In this document: positions 53,596-63,227 of the stretch, in pieces | Numbering within the stretch: the stretch's first letter is position 1 | How the letters are laid out: every line of letters begins with the position of its first letter | Assembly (NCBI GenBank): GCA_963674745.2 | Contig: CAXXDV010000003.1 | Location: 238,478-302,477 of the forward strand | Direction of reading: 5' to 3' | Source of the DNA: Desulfosudaceae bacterium | Lineage (GTDB): Bacteria; Desulfobacterota; Desulfobacteria; Desulfobacterales; Desulfosudaceae | Length of the DNA stretch: 64,000 nt | Notes under the pieces: generated by a model | The model's database searches: none | The model's input: only the letters and a program-made list of their open reading frames with translations | Told to the model about the DNA's origin: nothing | Program-made: the position numbers and the translations under genes

Positions 53596-54363
53596 ATGAT
53601 GGTTTTAACCGAGTATAAATCGCCGGAAGAAATCAGGCATTCGCTTGGAAAAGCCCGGGGTGTTGTGGTGTTTTCCTGCAGCGGGTGCGCCAACATGAAT
53701 GAGATCGGCGGCCGGCGCGGGTTAAAATTCATGAAAAAACGCCTTTCGGCATGGGGATATTCGGTTGTCGCCGGTGCAACCCCTCCCGGTATCTGCATGA
53801 ACGCGGTTATGGAAAACGCGACTCATAAATGGATTCAGCCGAACAGATCAAAGGTGGACGCGCTTCTTGCCATCTGCTGTGCTGCGGGAATAAAAAACGC
53901 CGCTTATTTTAATCCCGATCTCAAGGTGGTTGCCGCTGCCGATCCCATGGGCGTGGAATGCCTGCTGCCCCACAATGCATATTATGAAGATGCCGGGGAT
54001 TATATGGTGGCCCATGAACTGTGCCTGCCCTGCGGAAGCTGCGTTTTGTCCTTTACCACCGGGATCTGTCCGCTGGTGGCATGCCCGGCAAAATCAAAAT
54101 ACGGCTATTGCAAGAACCCGCCTTACCCGGGGAATGGTTGCACAGTTAAGCCTGATCAAAAATGCGTCTGGGCAATAATCGAAAAACGGGGTGGTGACCT
54201 CGAAGGCCTGGGGAAATTAAAAGAGATTCATGAAAATCCGGATTATGAAAGAATTCCTTCTATTGACACACCGCCCCGGACCGTAAAACAGCACACAATC
54301 GCAGGATACTGCGGCGGTCGGTCACCATCATTCATATCGGATCTTTTACGCTGGGTAAGGTGA
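53596..54363 (+). CDS. MetV-like Cys-rich protein (methylene-THF reductase small-subunit / MTHFR_C-like), paralogue 1
   Basis: Motifs are VVVFSCSGCANM, LAICCAAGIK, CLPCGSCVLSFTTGICPLVACPAKSKYGYC and CVWAIIEKRG. The SD AAAGGGGG lies upstream. Confidence 0.6.
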   Translation: MMVLTEYKSPEEIRHSLGKARGVVVFSCSGCANMNEIGGRRGLKFMKKRLSAWGYSVVAGATPPGICMNAVMENATHKWIQPNRSKVDALLAICCAAGIKNAAYFNPDLKVVAAADPMGVECLLPHNAYYEDAGDYMVAHELCLPCGSCVLSFTTGICPLVACPAKSKYGYCKNPPYPGNGCTVKPDQKCVWAIIEKRGGDLEGLGKLKEIHENPDYERIPSIDTPPRTVKQHTIAGYCGGRSPSFISDLLRWVR

Positions 54364-54405
54364 TCGTTTCTTATAAAGCCATCAGAAATTTAAGAGGGAA
54401 TAAAC

Positions 54406-55179
54406 ATGTTTCAGACAAAATATAAATCCGAGGAGGAGCTGCAATATTCGCTTCGGAATTTTCAGAAAGTGGGCATCATTTCCTGTAATGTATGCTGCAA
54501 CCTGAGTGATTGCGGCGGACAACAGGGGCTGGAATTGATGTCCGGGTTTTGCCGGAACTGGGGGAAAGCGGTCGTGGCGGACTGCCTGATTTTTGGCGGC
54601 TGTGTCGGTACGGTTCATGAGCACGCGGTGAAAAAGCGGATATATCCTCATCAATCCGATATCGATGCGCTGGTTATGATCAGTTGCGCAGCCGGTATTA
54701 AAACGGCCAACCTCTACAGCCCGGGTCTCCCCGTGGTGGCGGCCTGCGATTCATTCGGATCTTATCCCCTGTCGCCGAGGCAGGGCCCCAATGACAGTCT
54801 TACGATACACACCTATTGCCCGATATGCCCCGACGGTCATTGCGTCATGTCTTATACCGCCGGAATATGCCCGGTTGTGCTGTGCCCTGAAAAATGTCGC
54901 TATGGCTATTGTGAAAACCCGCCCCAATCCCCAAACAGGCAATGCACGAAAGATGAAAACATGGCATGCGTGTGGAAAACCATTGAAGAAACCATTGCGC
55001 AAAGAGGCGAAAGCCTTGATTCCCTGAAGGAATTAGAGCAGATCCACGCGGACAAAACCCTGCGGCGGATGCCGACCCCTGAAACGGAACGGGCCGCCGG
55101 CTGGCAGATCAAAATGGCGCAATGGTTCAGCCTGAATGTATTAAATCGCGTGGCGGATTCATTGCATGCCGCCAGGTGA
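54406..55179 (+). CDS. MetV-like Cys-rich protein, paralogue 2
   Basis: It shares the architecture of 53596..54363: GIISCNVCCNL, MISCAAGIK, CPICPDGHCVMSYTAGICPVVLCPEKCRYGYC and CVWKTIEE. Confidence 0.6.
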   Translation: MFQTKYKSEEELQYSLRNFQKVGIISCNVCCNLSDCGGQQGLELMSGFCRNWGKAVVADCLIFGGCVGTVHEHAVKKRIYPHQSDIDALVMISCAAGIKTANLYSPGLPVVAACDSFGSYPLSPRQGPNDSLTIHTYCPICPDGHCVMSYTAGICPVVLCPEKCRYGYCENPPQSPNRQCTKDENMACVWKTIEETIAQRGESLDSLKELEQIHADKTLRRMPTPETERAAGWQIKMAQWFSLNVLNRVADSLHAAR

Positions 55180-55218
55180 TCCCAACGCAAGCGAAAGCAT
55201 TTTTTATAAGGAGAGGAC

Positions 55219-56436
55219 ATGGAAAGAAAACTGTTGAAAAAGCTGCACCGGCTTGGGGACATCATGAATAACGAGTCGGAATTTCCGATGACGGTTATCC
55301 GGTGGTATCTGGTGCCGCCGGTTTACAGATGGTATTTCAAGCCGCTTTACAAGGCCATGGCAGCCGTCCTGCCTGAAGCGGAAATCGATTTTTTACTGAA
55401 GTTGAAAAATGATCGATTGACCAAAAAACAGTTGCGGGAACGGGTGGGCGGTCCTGACGAAACCTTTGACGACCTTTTTAATTCCCTGATAACCAGAAAA
55501 GCCGTTCTCTGGTCGGAGGCCCGCCAGGACGGCGAGGAAGTTTTCAGAATAGCGCCCATGATGCTGGGATGGATGGAGTTAAGCTGCTCTGACGGAAACA
55601 TTACACCGGACAAAGAAGCCTTTTCCCGTGAACTGACGAAGTTTTTTAATAGAGTAAAACTGATGAATTTTTTCGGGGTGCGTAACGTCATTAACCAGAT
55701 TTTTTTCGGTCTGGGGCCGATGTCCGGGATCGCCCGGCTGCCGTTGAAAACAGAGACCGAAGAACAGATCAAGATCCAGGTCGGGCAGTCGCTCGATATC
55801 CCCGAAGCCAGGATATACAGTACCGGCAGCGTTAATAACCTGATTGAAAAATACGGTAATGACGACCAGATCGCCGTCACCAAGTGCCTCTGCCGCCAGC
55901 ACTGGGCACTGGAGGGCGAGCCCTGCCGGTTGGATCTTCCCCTGGAAACCCATTTATGGATTGGGCCGTTTGCCGACCATGTCGTCAAATATGGCTATGG
56001 CCGCCGGGTTTCAAAGGAGGAAGCCTATGAAATAACCAGGACGGTCCGGGACAAAGGGGGAGTGCATGAAATCATGCATACCAGAATGGACGTGAACCAG
56101 GAACCCGGGTTGTCTGTCTGTAACTGCTGCTGGGACTGCTGCACGGCCCTTGGCAATTACAACCGGGGGCTGACGCCCCTGGCCCTTAAAGCCTATTACC
56201 GGGCGGTTATTGCCGATGAAACCAGATGCACCAACTGTGGTAAATGCGTGGAATTTTGCCCGGTGAGTGCCATGCAGCTCAAAAACGGTCGGCTATGGCA
56301 TGATCCGGGTTTATGCATCGGTTGCGGACAGTGCGAATACCAGTGTCCTGAAGATGCGGTCAGCCTGGTGCCGGATGAACGGGTGGTAAAACTGGGTCTT
56401 TTGAAAAAATCAAAAAGAAAACCGGCCTTTCAATAA
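55219..56436 (+). CDS. Uncharacterised Fe-S protein with C-terminal 2x[4Fe-4S] ferredoxin domain
   Basis: Motifs are CLCRQHW..C, CNCCWDCC, CTNCGKCVEFCP and CIGCGQCEYQCP. The SD AAGGAGAGG lies upstream. Confidence 0.65.
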   Translation: MERKLLKKLHRLGDIMNNESEFPMTVIRWYLVPPVYRWYFKPLYKAMAAVLPEAEIDFLLKLKNDRLTKKQLRERVGGPDETFDDLFNSLITRKAVLWSEARQDGEEVFRIAPMMLGWMELSCSDGNITPDKEAFSRELTKFFNRVKLMNFFGVRNVINQIFFGLGPMSGIARLPLKTETEEQIKIQVGQSLDIPEARIYSTGSVNNLIEKYGNDDQIAVTKCLCRQHWALEGEPCRLDLPLETHLWIGPFADHVVKYGYGRRVSKEEAYEITRTVRDKGGVHEIMHTRMDVNQEPGLSVCNCCWDCCTALGNYNRGLTPLALKAYYRAVIADETRCTNCGKCVEFCPVSAMQLKNGRLWHDPGLCIGCGQCEYQCPEDAVSLVPDERVVKLGLLKKSKRKPAFQ

Positions 56437-56494
56437 CCGCTTTTTTACGTCTGTTCAGATCAGTTAACACCCGGGTCGTATTTTTTATCGCCGA

Positions 56495-58612
56495 TTATTC
56501 TTCGGGAATAAACGATTTTCCGTAATCGCACCACACCTTGATGGCAATACTCAGGGGTTGAATCATGGGTACCGTGTAGGTATGGAATTTTTTGGCGTAT
56601 AAATAAGCCCGGGTTCTGGCGACGTGTTGGGAAAACCCCCTCGGGGAGACGATCAACGGTTTTTTGAGGTCTCTTTGCAGATCGAGGAGCCGTTCGGGAA
56701 GATATTCGGACAGATAAGGCACCTGCAGATAAATGGCCGTCATAATAATATCCGTATTGGGGTCTTCATTGATAATCCGCAGGGCTGCCATTAAACGGTT
56801 GTCATCACAGTTACCGAACAGGTCCAACGGGTTGGCTCCGATACCGCTGATGATCCGGGGCTTGTCCTCCGGCCGGGCGGTTTTGATATTGTCCGCCATC
56901 AGCTCCTGAAGCGCTTTCTTTGTCTCGGGCGCGAATTCGGCCAGTTCCATGCACTGTTCGGTCACCCGGTCCGCCAGCAATATCCCGGCGCCGCCCCCGA
57001 CACTGACCACGGCCACCCGGTTGCCTCTGGCGGCCGGCTGGGAGCTGAGCATGGAAAGGGTGTTGACCAGGCCTTTGGGGTCTTCGGTCAGTTTTTCGAT
57101 CAGGTAAAAGCCGGCCTGGCGGCAGCAGGCCTTGAAAGCCTCGTGGCTTCCGGCCAGGGAGGCGGTATGGGACAGGGTGGCTGCGGCACCGCCGCCCGTG
57201 CCGCCCTTGATGACCAGCACCGGTTTCTTGGCGGTGACTTCTTTGCCGATCTGCATCAGCTTCAGGCCGTTGTCATAACCTTCCATGTATATGGCGATAA
57301 TTTTTATCCGGGGGTCGTTTCCCATGTGGGCCAGAATTTCCGCTACGCCAACACTGCTGGCGTTTCCACAGCTGACCCACTGGCCCAGGTCCAGGTTGTC
57401 GGCGGCCAGCATTTCAACCAGTTCCAGGCCCACGCCGCCGCTCTGGGAGATAATGCCGATGCCGCTGGAGCCCTTGATGACACTGGTGCGATGTTCCGGT
57501 ATAAACAGGGTGTTGACTTTGGAAAAATTATCGATGACGCCCATACAGTTGGGGCCGATATAGGCCACGTCATATTTTATGCTCAACTCCAGCAGCCGCT
57601 CTTCCAGGTCTTTGCGGCCGATTTCGGCAAACCCGTCGCTGAAGATAATGGCGCCCCGCCCGCCCGCCTTGCAGAACTGCTCAAAGCTTTTCACCGTGGC
57701 TTCGGCGTTAATGGCAAAGACCGCCAGGTCGGGTGCTTCTGGCAGGGATTCAAAATCAGGATAGCAGGGCAAGCCCTGGACGGATTCCAGCTTGGGGTTG
57801 ATGGGATAGACCCTGGGAATGCCGAGGCAATTTTTCAGGATAATGCCGCCCATGGTACCGGGCCGGGAAGCGCCCACGATGGCAACCGATTGGGGGCTAA
57901 AAATGGCCTGCAGGCTTTTCATCTTGGCTTCGGAAAGATCCGTGCTGGAAGGCACGGCAATGGGGTCGTCGACGATGAGCCGGCAATCCACGATGGCATA
58001 TCCCTGTTCATAAACGATGACGGGATTTAAGTCCAGTTCGTGAATTTCCGGATGCTCCGCCATAAACCGGGATACATTTATCGCCAGTTCAATAACGGCC
58101 TGTTTATCCAGGGCGGGACCGCGAAAGCCTTCCAGAACGGTACCGGCCATGGTCTGGCACAGCATTTCCTCAACATCTTTTTCGGTCAGGATGCCGATAC
58201 CGGGCTGGACGTCGGCCCACAGTTCCACAAACCGGCCGCCATGCCCAATCATGGTTACCGGCCCGAATCCCGGGTCCTGCTTGGCCCCTACCAGAAGTTC
58301 AAACCCGGGATCAGCCATTTTCTGGACCAGGATGCCATCGGGGCGTCCGGCACCAGCCTGTTTTACGTTTTTCAGAAGTTGGTCCAGGGCTTTTTTTAGC
58401 GCTTCTTCGGTTTTGAGGTTTAGAAAAACAACGTCAGCGTCGGTTTTATGAATAATGTCCTTTGATATGGCTTTAACGACGACTGGGTAACCAAGCTCCC
58501 CGGCGACTTCCAGAACCTGTTGCGGATCGTCGGTCATCCGGCCGAGAATGGTGATTCCATGCTCCGCCAGCATTTCAGCGGATTGCGTAAAGTCTAACTG
58601 TGTTTTACTCAT
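56495..58612 (-). CDS. ADP-forming acyl-CoA synthetase (acetate--CoA ligase family, fused beta-alpha order)
   Basis: An N-terminal ATP-grasp (YPVVVKAIS...) is followed by a CoA-binding domain (SVAIVGASRPGTMGG) and a succinyl-CoA-ligase-like domain (GPNCMGV, SQSGGVG). Confidence 0.8.
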   Translation of the reverse strand: MSKTQLDFTQSAEMLAEHGITILGRMTDDPQQVLEVAGELGYPVVVKAISKDIIHKTDADVVFLNLKTEEALKKALDQLLKNVKQAGAGRPDGILVQKMADPGFELLVGAKQDPGFGPVTMIGHGGRFVELWADVQPGIGILTEKDVEEMLCQTMAGTVLEGFRGPALDKQAVIELAINVSRFMAEHPEIHELDLNPVIVYEQGYAIVDCRLIVDDPIAVPSSTDLSEAKMKSLQAIFSPQSVAIVGASRPGTMGGIILKNCLGIPRVYPINPKLESVQGLPCYPDFESLPEAPDLAVFAINAEATVKSFEQFCKAGGRGAIIFSDGFAEIGRKDLEERLLELSIKYDVAYIGPNCMGVIDNFSKVNTLFIPEHRTSVIKGSSGIGIISQSGGVGLELVEMLAADNLDLGQWVSCGNASSVGVAEILAHMGNDPRIKIIAIYMEGYDNGLKLMQIGKEVTAKKPVLVIKGGTGGGAAATLSHTASLAGSHEAFKACCRQAGFYLIEKLTEDPKGLVNTLSMLSSQPAARGNRVAVVSVGGGAGILLADRVTEQCMELAEFAPETKKALQELMADNIKTARPEDKPRIISGIGANPLDLFGNCDDNRLMAALRIINEDPNTDIIMTAIYLQVPYLSEYLPERLLDLQRDLKKPLIVSPRGFSQHVARTRAYLYAKKFHTYTVPMIQPLSIAIKVWCDYGKSFIPEE

Positions 58613-58865
58613 ATCGTTCTTTCTCCTTGTTCCCTCTCAACCCGGAACAACAATTCCGGTTCAGAATCAGATGAATCATTTTCCCTGACAGAGATCCGCA
58701 AAACGGATTCGACCCGGTCATGCAGCCACATGTTTTTCATCATGTGCGCCATAAAAATCCGTATCGATTGTAGTTTTAATAATCGGATTTATCAATACCC
58801 TGCCGGATTCTGTTATAGCTGGTGTTTCAGGATATCCGATGACATGTATTATGGTGCCGGTATGC

Positions 58866-59918
58866 TCATGGCCGGGGCAGATCCGCAGGTTGTTTGACGG
58901 TCATGGCTGTTGTCAGAAGTTCGGTATAGGTGATATTTCCGGACAGGGTCAGGGCGGTATTGCCCTGTACCCAGCTCAGGGATGAAAAAGGGCCGAAAAA
59001 ATTCAGGTAGCCGGTATACGCCCCGATTTTTACCCTGACGCCTGAAGGTTGGCTCCACTGGCCGGCCAGGGCCCGCATCTGGGTCAGGGTGATGTAACGG
59101 CCGTTTTTGTGAACCACGACCATGGCCATGGGCAGGCAATGCCGGCCTCTGATGATTTTTTTCACTTCCAGCCCCCGGGGAAGGTCGGTCGGCATCAGAA
59201 AATCAAAGTTCATTTCTTTTGCGATCTCAGCTTTGGGGCTGCCCGGGTCGGTAATGTCAAAATCAAAGACAACCGCGTTGGGCGGCAGGGTAATCTCAAA
59301 AAGATCGTCCTCGACGCGGATATTGTATTTTATCCGGGTAAATGCCACTTCATACCAGGTATGGTCGGGCCGGTCGAGAATCTGAACACGCAGGGGAACG
59401 GAAAATTCTTTGTCCGTCCACGAGGTATAGGGCAGCAGCCAGGGTTTTTTCTCGGTGGGGCTGGCTTTCCACCCTGTGGCCGGCCGGGCTACCGTCATTT
59501 TATCGCCCAGGAATTGAAAATCGTAATGCCCCCAGAGCCAGGCCACGTCTTCTTCGAGTAATTTTTTATAGTCGGCTTCATCCAGTGGATCAAATCCGGT
59601 GACCCGTATGCCGAAAAGCGATTGGGGCCACCACATGGTCATGGCCCGGCCGTCAAACAAAAACAGCTGACCGGCCAGGGATTTGGGGGCTGTTGTTTCA
59701 GCCCGTACCCGCCATGGTTTTTTATACCATATCTCGGTGACATTTCCGGGGGCGTCGTTACGCCCGAAATGTTCTTCATATGTGCCATGATAGGATGCTA
59801 TGGACATGGTGTTGTCGGCAATCTGGTCGGCGATGACATCGGCCATTATGGTCGAGCAGGAATAAAACGTCATCGCCAGGGATACGGTTATTAACGCTAT
59901 CTTGTTCATTGCGTTCAC
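58866..59918 (-). CDS. LolA-like / DUF4367-like exported protein
   Basis: It has a signal peptide (IALITVSLAMTFYSCS), then an N-terminal LolA/RseB-like pattern (YHGTYEE..., WYKKPWRVRAE, LFDGRAMTMWWP). The family assignment is by pattern recall only. Confidence 0.5.
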   Translation of the reverse strand: MNAMNKIALITVSLAMTFYSCSTIMADVIADQIADNTMSIASYHGTYEEHFGRNDAPGNVTEIWYKKPWRVRAETTAPKSLAGQLFLFDGRAMTMWWPQSLFGIRVTGFDPLDEADYKKLLEEDVAWLWGHYDFQFLGDKMTVARPATGWKASPTEKKPWLLPYTSWTDKEFSVPLRVQILDRPDHTWYEVAFTRIKYNIRVEDDLFEITLPPNAVVFDFDITDPGSPKAEIAKEMNFDFLMPTDLPRGLEVKKIIRGRHCLPMAMVVVHKNGRYITLTQMRALAGQWSQPSGVRVKIGAYTGYLNFFGPFSSLSWVQGNTALTLSGNITYTELLTTAMTVKQPADLPRP

Positions 59919-59923
59919 CTCTC

Positions 59924-62410
59924 TTACCAGAAGATTTTATCGGTTGTGTCAAACATCCATGGCGCGGTTAACAGAAACAGCGCCACTGTGGTTAGAAAAA
60001 AAGGATAGATCCATTTTTGCGGAACCCCGGCAGGGAAACATAATTTTTCCGCCACCACCATCAGACCGTTGACCGGAAAAAACACAAAGACCCCCCAGGA
60101 CCAACGGCCGGTGGCAACCCCGGTCATGGCCGCGGTCATTCCTCCGATCATTGCAAATATCGCCATAACGGCAATCACCGGCCGGTTTCGTCCGTCCAGC
60201 GGAATATAGACGTGACGCAACAGAAAATCACCCAGGGGGATGTCCCAGGCCCGCCATAATCCTGAGGGCGGCAGGGGACCGAAAGGCCTGTACCCAAAGG
60301 CATCCGGAAGCTTGTAGCCGGCCTGGCGCCACAAGGCGTTCGACCAGTCCAGTGCGCCTCTTAACACCAGGTACAGGCACAATAACCGCCCGAATATCAG
60401 CAAAACGTGCAAGGCCGTGGTGCCTGACGCGGTAACGATCCAGCCGGCCAGAAAAAAACCGAGCACCAGTCCGGCCAGCAGCCTGAAAAATCCGGCATAG
60501 CCTGACAGCCAATGGCGTGAAAAATGTACTTTGGTCGTATCCGGTGAAAAACTGTTCTTGTAGTCCAGGGTGGGGAAAAACAGTATGAATGAGATCACCC
60601 GGGCGGTCATCCGGCGCTGAATTGGATCGACCAGCAGTACATCATAACTTTTGAATAGAAAGATAATCGAGAAAAGCATCAGTAGAAACGACCATTCGCT
60701 GTCGGCCGGATGCAGGATCATGGCGGTCAACACCAGGGGGATGGTGATCAAGCTCGGCAACAAAAGGAACAGGCGGGACCCGGCTGGGGACCATTTTTCG
60801 TATGCCACCCGGGCCAAGCGGCCCGTCAGCCAGGTGCCGATCCAGTAAAACAGTACGAAAACGACCAACACCGGTGCCACCGGCGGATATTTGATCGGCC
60901 AGTGGCCGGCGGCGGCATCGGATATCCATCTATATCCCCATATGCCCGCTATCAGCCATATGATGATCGGAATAACAGCGGAAAAAACAGACAACGGACC
61001 GGATACCTTTTGCCATAAAAGATACCAGTAATGGAAAAAGATCCAGAGCAGGTTGCCCGCAGGATAGATAAAAGGCATCTTTCCGCCCATCAGGGGAAAA
61101 GTCTGTTTTTCTTTGCGGGACACCGGCCAGGGTGACCGCGTTTTACCCAGTCGCCTGACCCACATGCGGTAATATGCGCGGTAGGTCAGGTTCATGGCCC
61201 AGAAATCCGCATTCTGGGCAAACCGGAAATTGGCCGCGTTAAACGAACGGGCCAGGATCGACCGAAAACTGTAGAACCGGTCTAAAAATCGTCGGGCGCC
61301 CTGGTAGATTAAATCCTCCGACAAACCGCCGACATCGGCCATTACGTGGGCACCGTCGTATTTGCGTATATCCCGGGTTATCAGTTTATCCTGGTCTTTT
61401 AAGGTTTCATAATCGGGCGTCCCCGGAAACCAGGTGGCGATATTGGTGGAAGCCAGGAACACACCGGCCTCTTCACAGAAACGATAGGTGTCGTCAAAGG
61501 ACTGAACGCTTTGCCCGGTCAGGCCCCACATCAGGCCGGTATGGACAAAAATGCCATGGGACTGGACTTTCCTGATGATGCGGGCATATTCCTCAACCGG
61601 GTTGAATCCTTTTTGGGCCTGGGCCAGTACATTTTTTTCAACCGATTCCATTCCCACAAATACGACTTTGCATTGGCTTCGCTCCAGGTGTTTGAGAAGC
61701 TTGTCGTCATCAAGCGAGGCCAGGGTGGCTTCGCCCATCCATCCCCAGACACCCTTGTTCTCCAGGAGCCGGCAGACCTCGATGATGTAATCCCGGTCGG
61801 CCGCGAAATGCAGGTCTACCGCCTCTACCAGTCCGTGGTCCCAATGGTCAAGCTCTCGCTCGATGGATTCCAGGCTGCGGGTCCTGAAGCCGGGCAGAAA
61901 GTGACGGCCGAAACAAAAGGAGCAACGATGCGGGCATCCCCGCGAAAACTCTATGGGAAAATTCACCCAGTAATATTTACCCGCCTTTTGAAGGTCCCTG
62001 CGGGGCAGGTGCTCGCCCCAGTTTTTAGGCGGTTGCGCCAGCCGATAAACGCCTTTTAAACGACCCTGTTCGGCGTCGGCGATAATCTTTTCTCCCAGTC
62101 CTTCGACTTCGCCGACCACCACCGCGTCAAAATGTTCCAGAGCCCGATCGGTCATGACCGAAGCCGGACCGCCGAGAATAGTGGGTATGCCCAGTTCCCG
62201 GAACCGGTCCGCCAGGTAAAGGGCCCGGGGAAAATTATAGGCCTGGGCGGATATGCCGATCAGGTCGGCGGCAGAAAAATTCACCGGTTCGATATTCTCA
62301 TCGTTGATTTCAACTTCGGCATAGCGACCGATTTCGGCTGCCACTGTCGGCAACCGGACCTGGCGGTAGCGGGGAATGGCCAGCGGCATATCAATGAGAC
62401 GAACGATCAT
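59924..62410 (-). CDS. B12-binding-domain radical SAM enzyme fused to a polytopic MBOAT-like membrane domain
   Basis: The N-terminal part (about 440 aa) has a B12-binding-like domain (LIGISAQAY..GIPTILGGP) and FSRGCPHRCSFCFG (CX3CX2C). The C-terminal part (about 390 aa) has about 10 TM helices and ends in LWRAWDIPLGDFLLRHVYIPLDGRN, MBOAT-motif-like with WH replaced by WD. Confidence 0.75.
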   Translation of the reverse strand: MIVRLIDMPLAIPRYRQVRLPTVAAEIGRYAEVEINDENIEPVNFSAADLIGISAQAYNFPRALYLADRFRELGIPTILGGPASVMTDRALEHFDAVVVGEVEGLGEKIIADAEQGRLKGVYRLAQPPKNWGEHLPRRDLQKAGKYYWVNFPIEFSRGCPHRCSFCFGRHFLPGFRTRSLESIERELDHWDHGLVEAVDLHFAADRDYIIEVCRLLENKGVWGWMGEATLASLDDDKLLKHLERSQCKVVFVGMESVEKNVLAQAQKGFNPVEEYARIIRKVQSHGIFVHTGLMWGLTGQSVQSFDDTYRFCEEAGVFLASTNIATWFPGTPDYETLKDQDKLITRDIRKYDGAHVMADVGGLSEDLIYQGARRFLDRFYSFRSILARSFNAANFRFAQNADFWAMNLTYRAYYRMWVRRLGKTRSPWPVSRKEKQTFPLMGGKMPFIYPAGNLLWIFFHYWYLLWQKVSGPLSVFSAVIPIIIWLIAGIWGYRWISDAAAGHWPIKYPPVAPVLVVFVLFYWIGTWLTGRLARVAYEKWSPAGSRLFLLLPSLITIPLVLTAMILHPADSEWSFLLMLFSIIFLFKSYDVLLVDPIQRRMTARVISFILFFPTLDYKNSFSPDTTKVHFSRHWLSGYAGFFRLLAGLVLGFFLAGWIVTASGTTALHVLLIFGRLLCLYLVLRGALDWSNALWRQAGYKLPDAFGYRPFGPLPPSGLWRAWDIPLGDFLLRHVYIPLDGRNRPVIAVMAIFAMIGGMTAAMTGVATGRWSWGVFVFFPVNGLMVVAEKLCFPAGVPQKWIYPFFLTTVALFLLTAPWMFDTTDKIFW

Positions 62411-62519
62411 CGGCCCTCCACGGGGAAAACGAAAGATTCGAAAAACCTGAATTAATATTTTTTATGACATCATTACTATCTGAAAACGATTTTTAAAAAA
62501 GACGTGAGTTGTTCCGGCA

Positions 62520-63011
62520 TCAAAGAAACTGCATGAAGTGACAGAAAAGAAGGATGATTATCGTGATCACGGCGGCAAAAATAAAGATGCCCATCCATCC
62601 ATCTCTGTCGGCCTTTTTTCGATAATCCTTCAATTTGTTTTCCAGCACAGCCAGTTTGTCTTGTGTTTTGTTATCAGCCGGATTTATTTTCAGTTTGGTG
62701 ATGATTGAATCCAGCCTGGTAGCGGCCGCGTCAGACACACCAACTTCTTCCATCGATAAACTCGTATGGTTCATATAGGAGAGGCAGGCCAGTCCTTCAT
62801 CAATCAGCAAACCAGGAAAATCGGGAAGCGGTCCTCCCGTCAGGATGACAGCCAGTGTTGCTTTATCCGCATGACTGAGCCTGTTGTGGAAATCTTTTAA
62901 AGCGGCATTCTGCTTATCCCATTCATCCGGGTTGACCGCAGAAGATCGGCAGTACTCGCAATAAAAACCCGTCATCGGCGCGCCACAATGAGGACAGACA
63001 CTATCAGCCAA
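62520..63011 (-). CDS. Hypothetical zinc-ribbon protein with C-terminal TM anchor
   Basis: It has CPHCGAPMTGFYCEYC at the N-terminus and a C-terminal helix IFIFAAVITIIILLF. The TTG start is preceded by CAGGAGAAA. Confidence 0.45.
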   Translation of the reverse strand: MADSVCPHCGAPMTGFYCEYCRSSAVNPDEWDKQNAALKDFHNRLSHADKATLAVILTGGPLPDFPGLLIDEGLACLSYMNHTSLSMEEVGVSDAAATRLDSIITKLKINPADNKTQDKLAVLENKLKDYRKKADRDGWMGIFIFAAVITIIILLFCHFMQFL

Positions 63012-63227
63012 AAGATTTCTCCTGTTTCATCGTGTTTTCGGGCAGGAATTTATTCAATCAAATGTTTAAGTATTTTATCATTAATAAGATGAAATTTTCA
63101 ACCGGGATACGGTCCTCTTCGGGTTGGCTATCCGCTATTGACCCCCGCCTTCGATATTGGTAAAAGATGATAATCCTTAAGAAATATTATTGACTTATAA
63201 TTCTGCGCGGAACGGAATAGGGACTGG

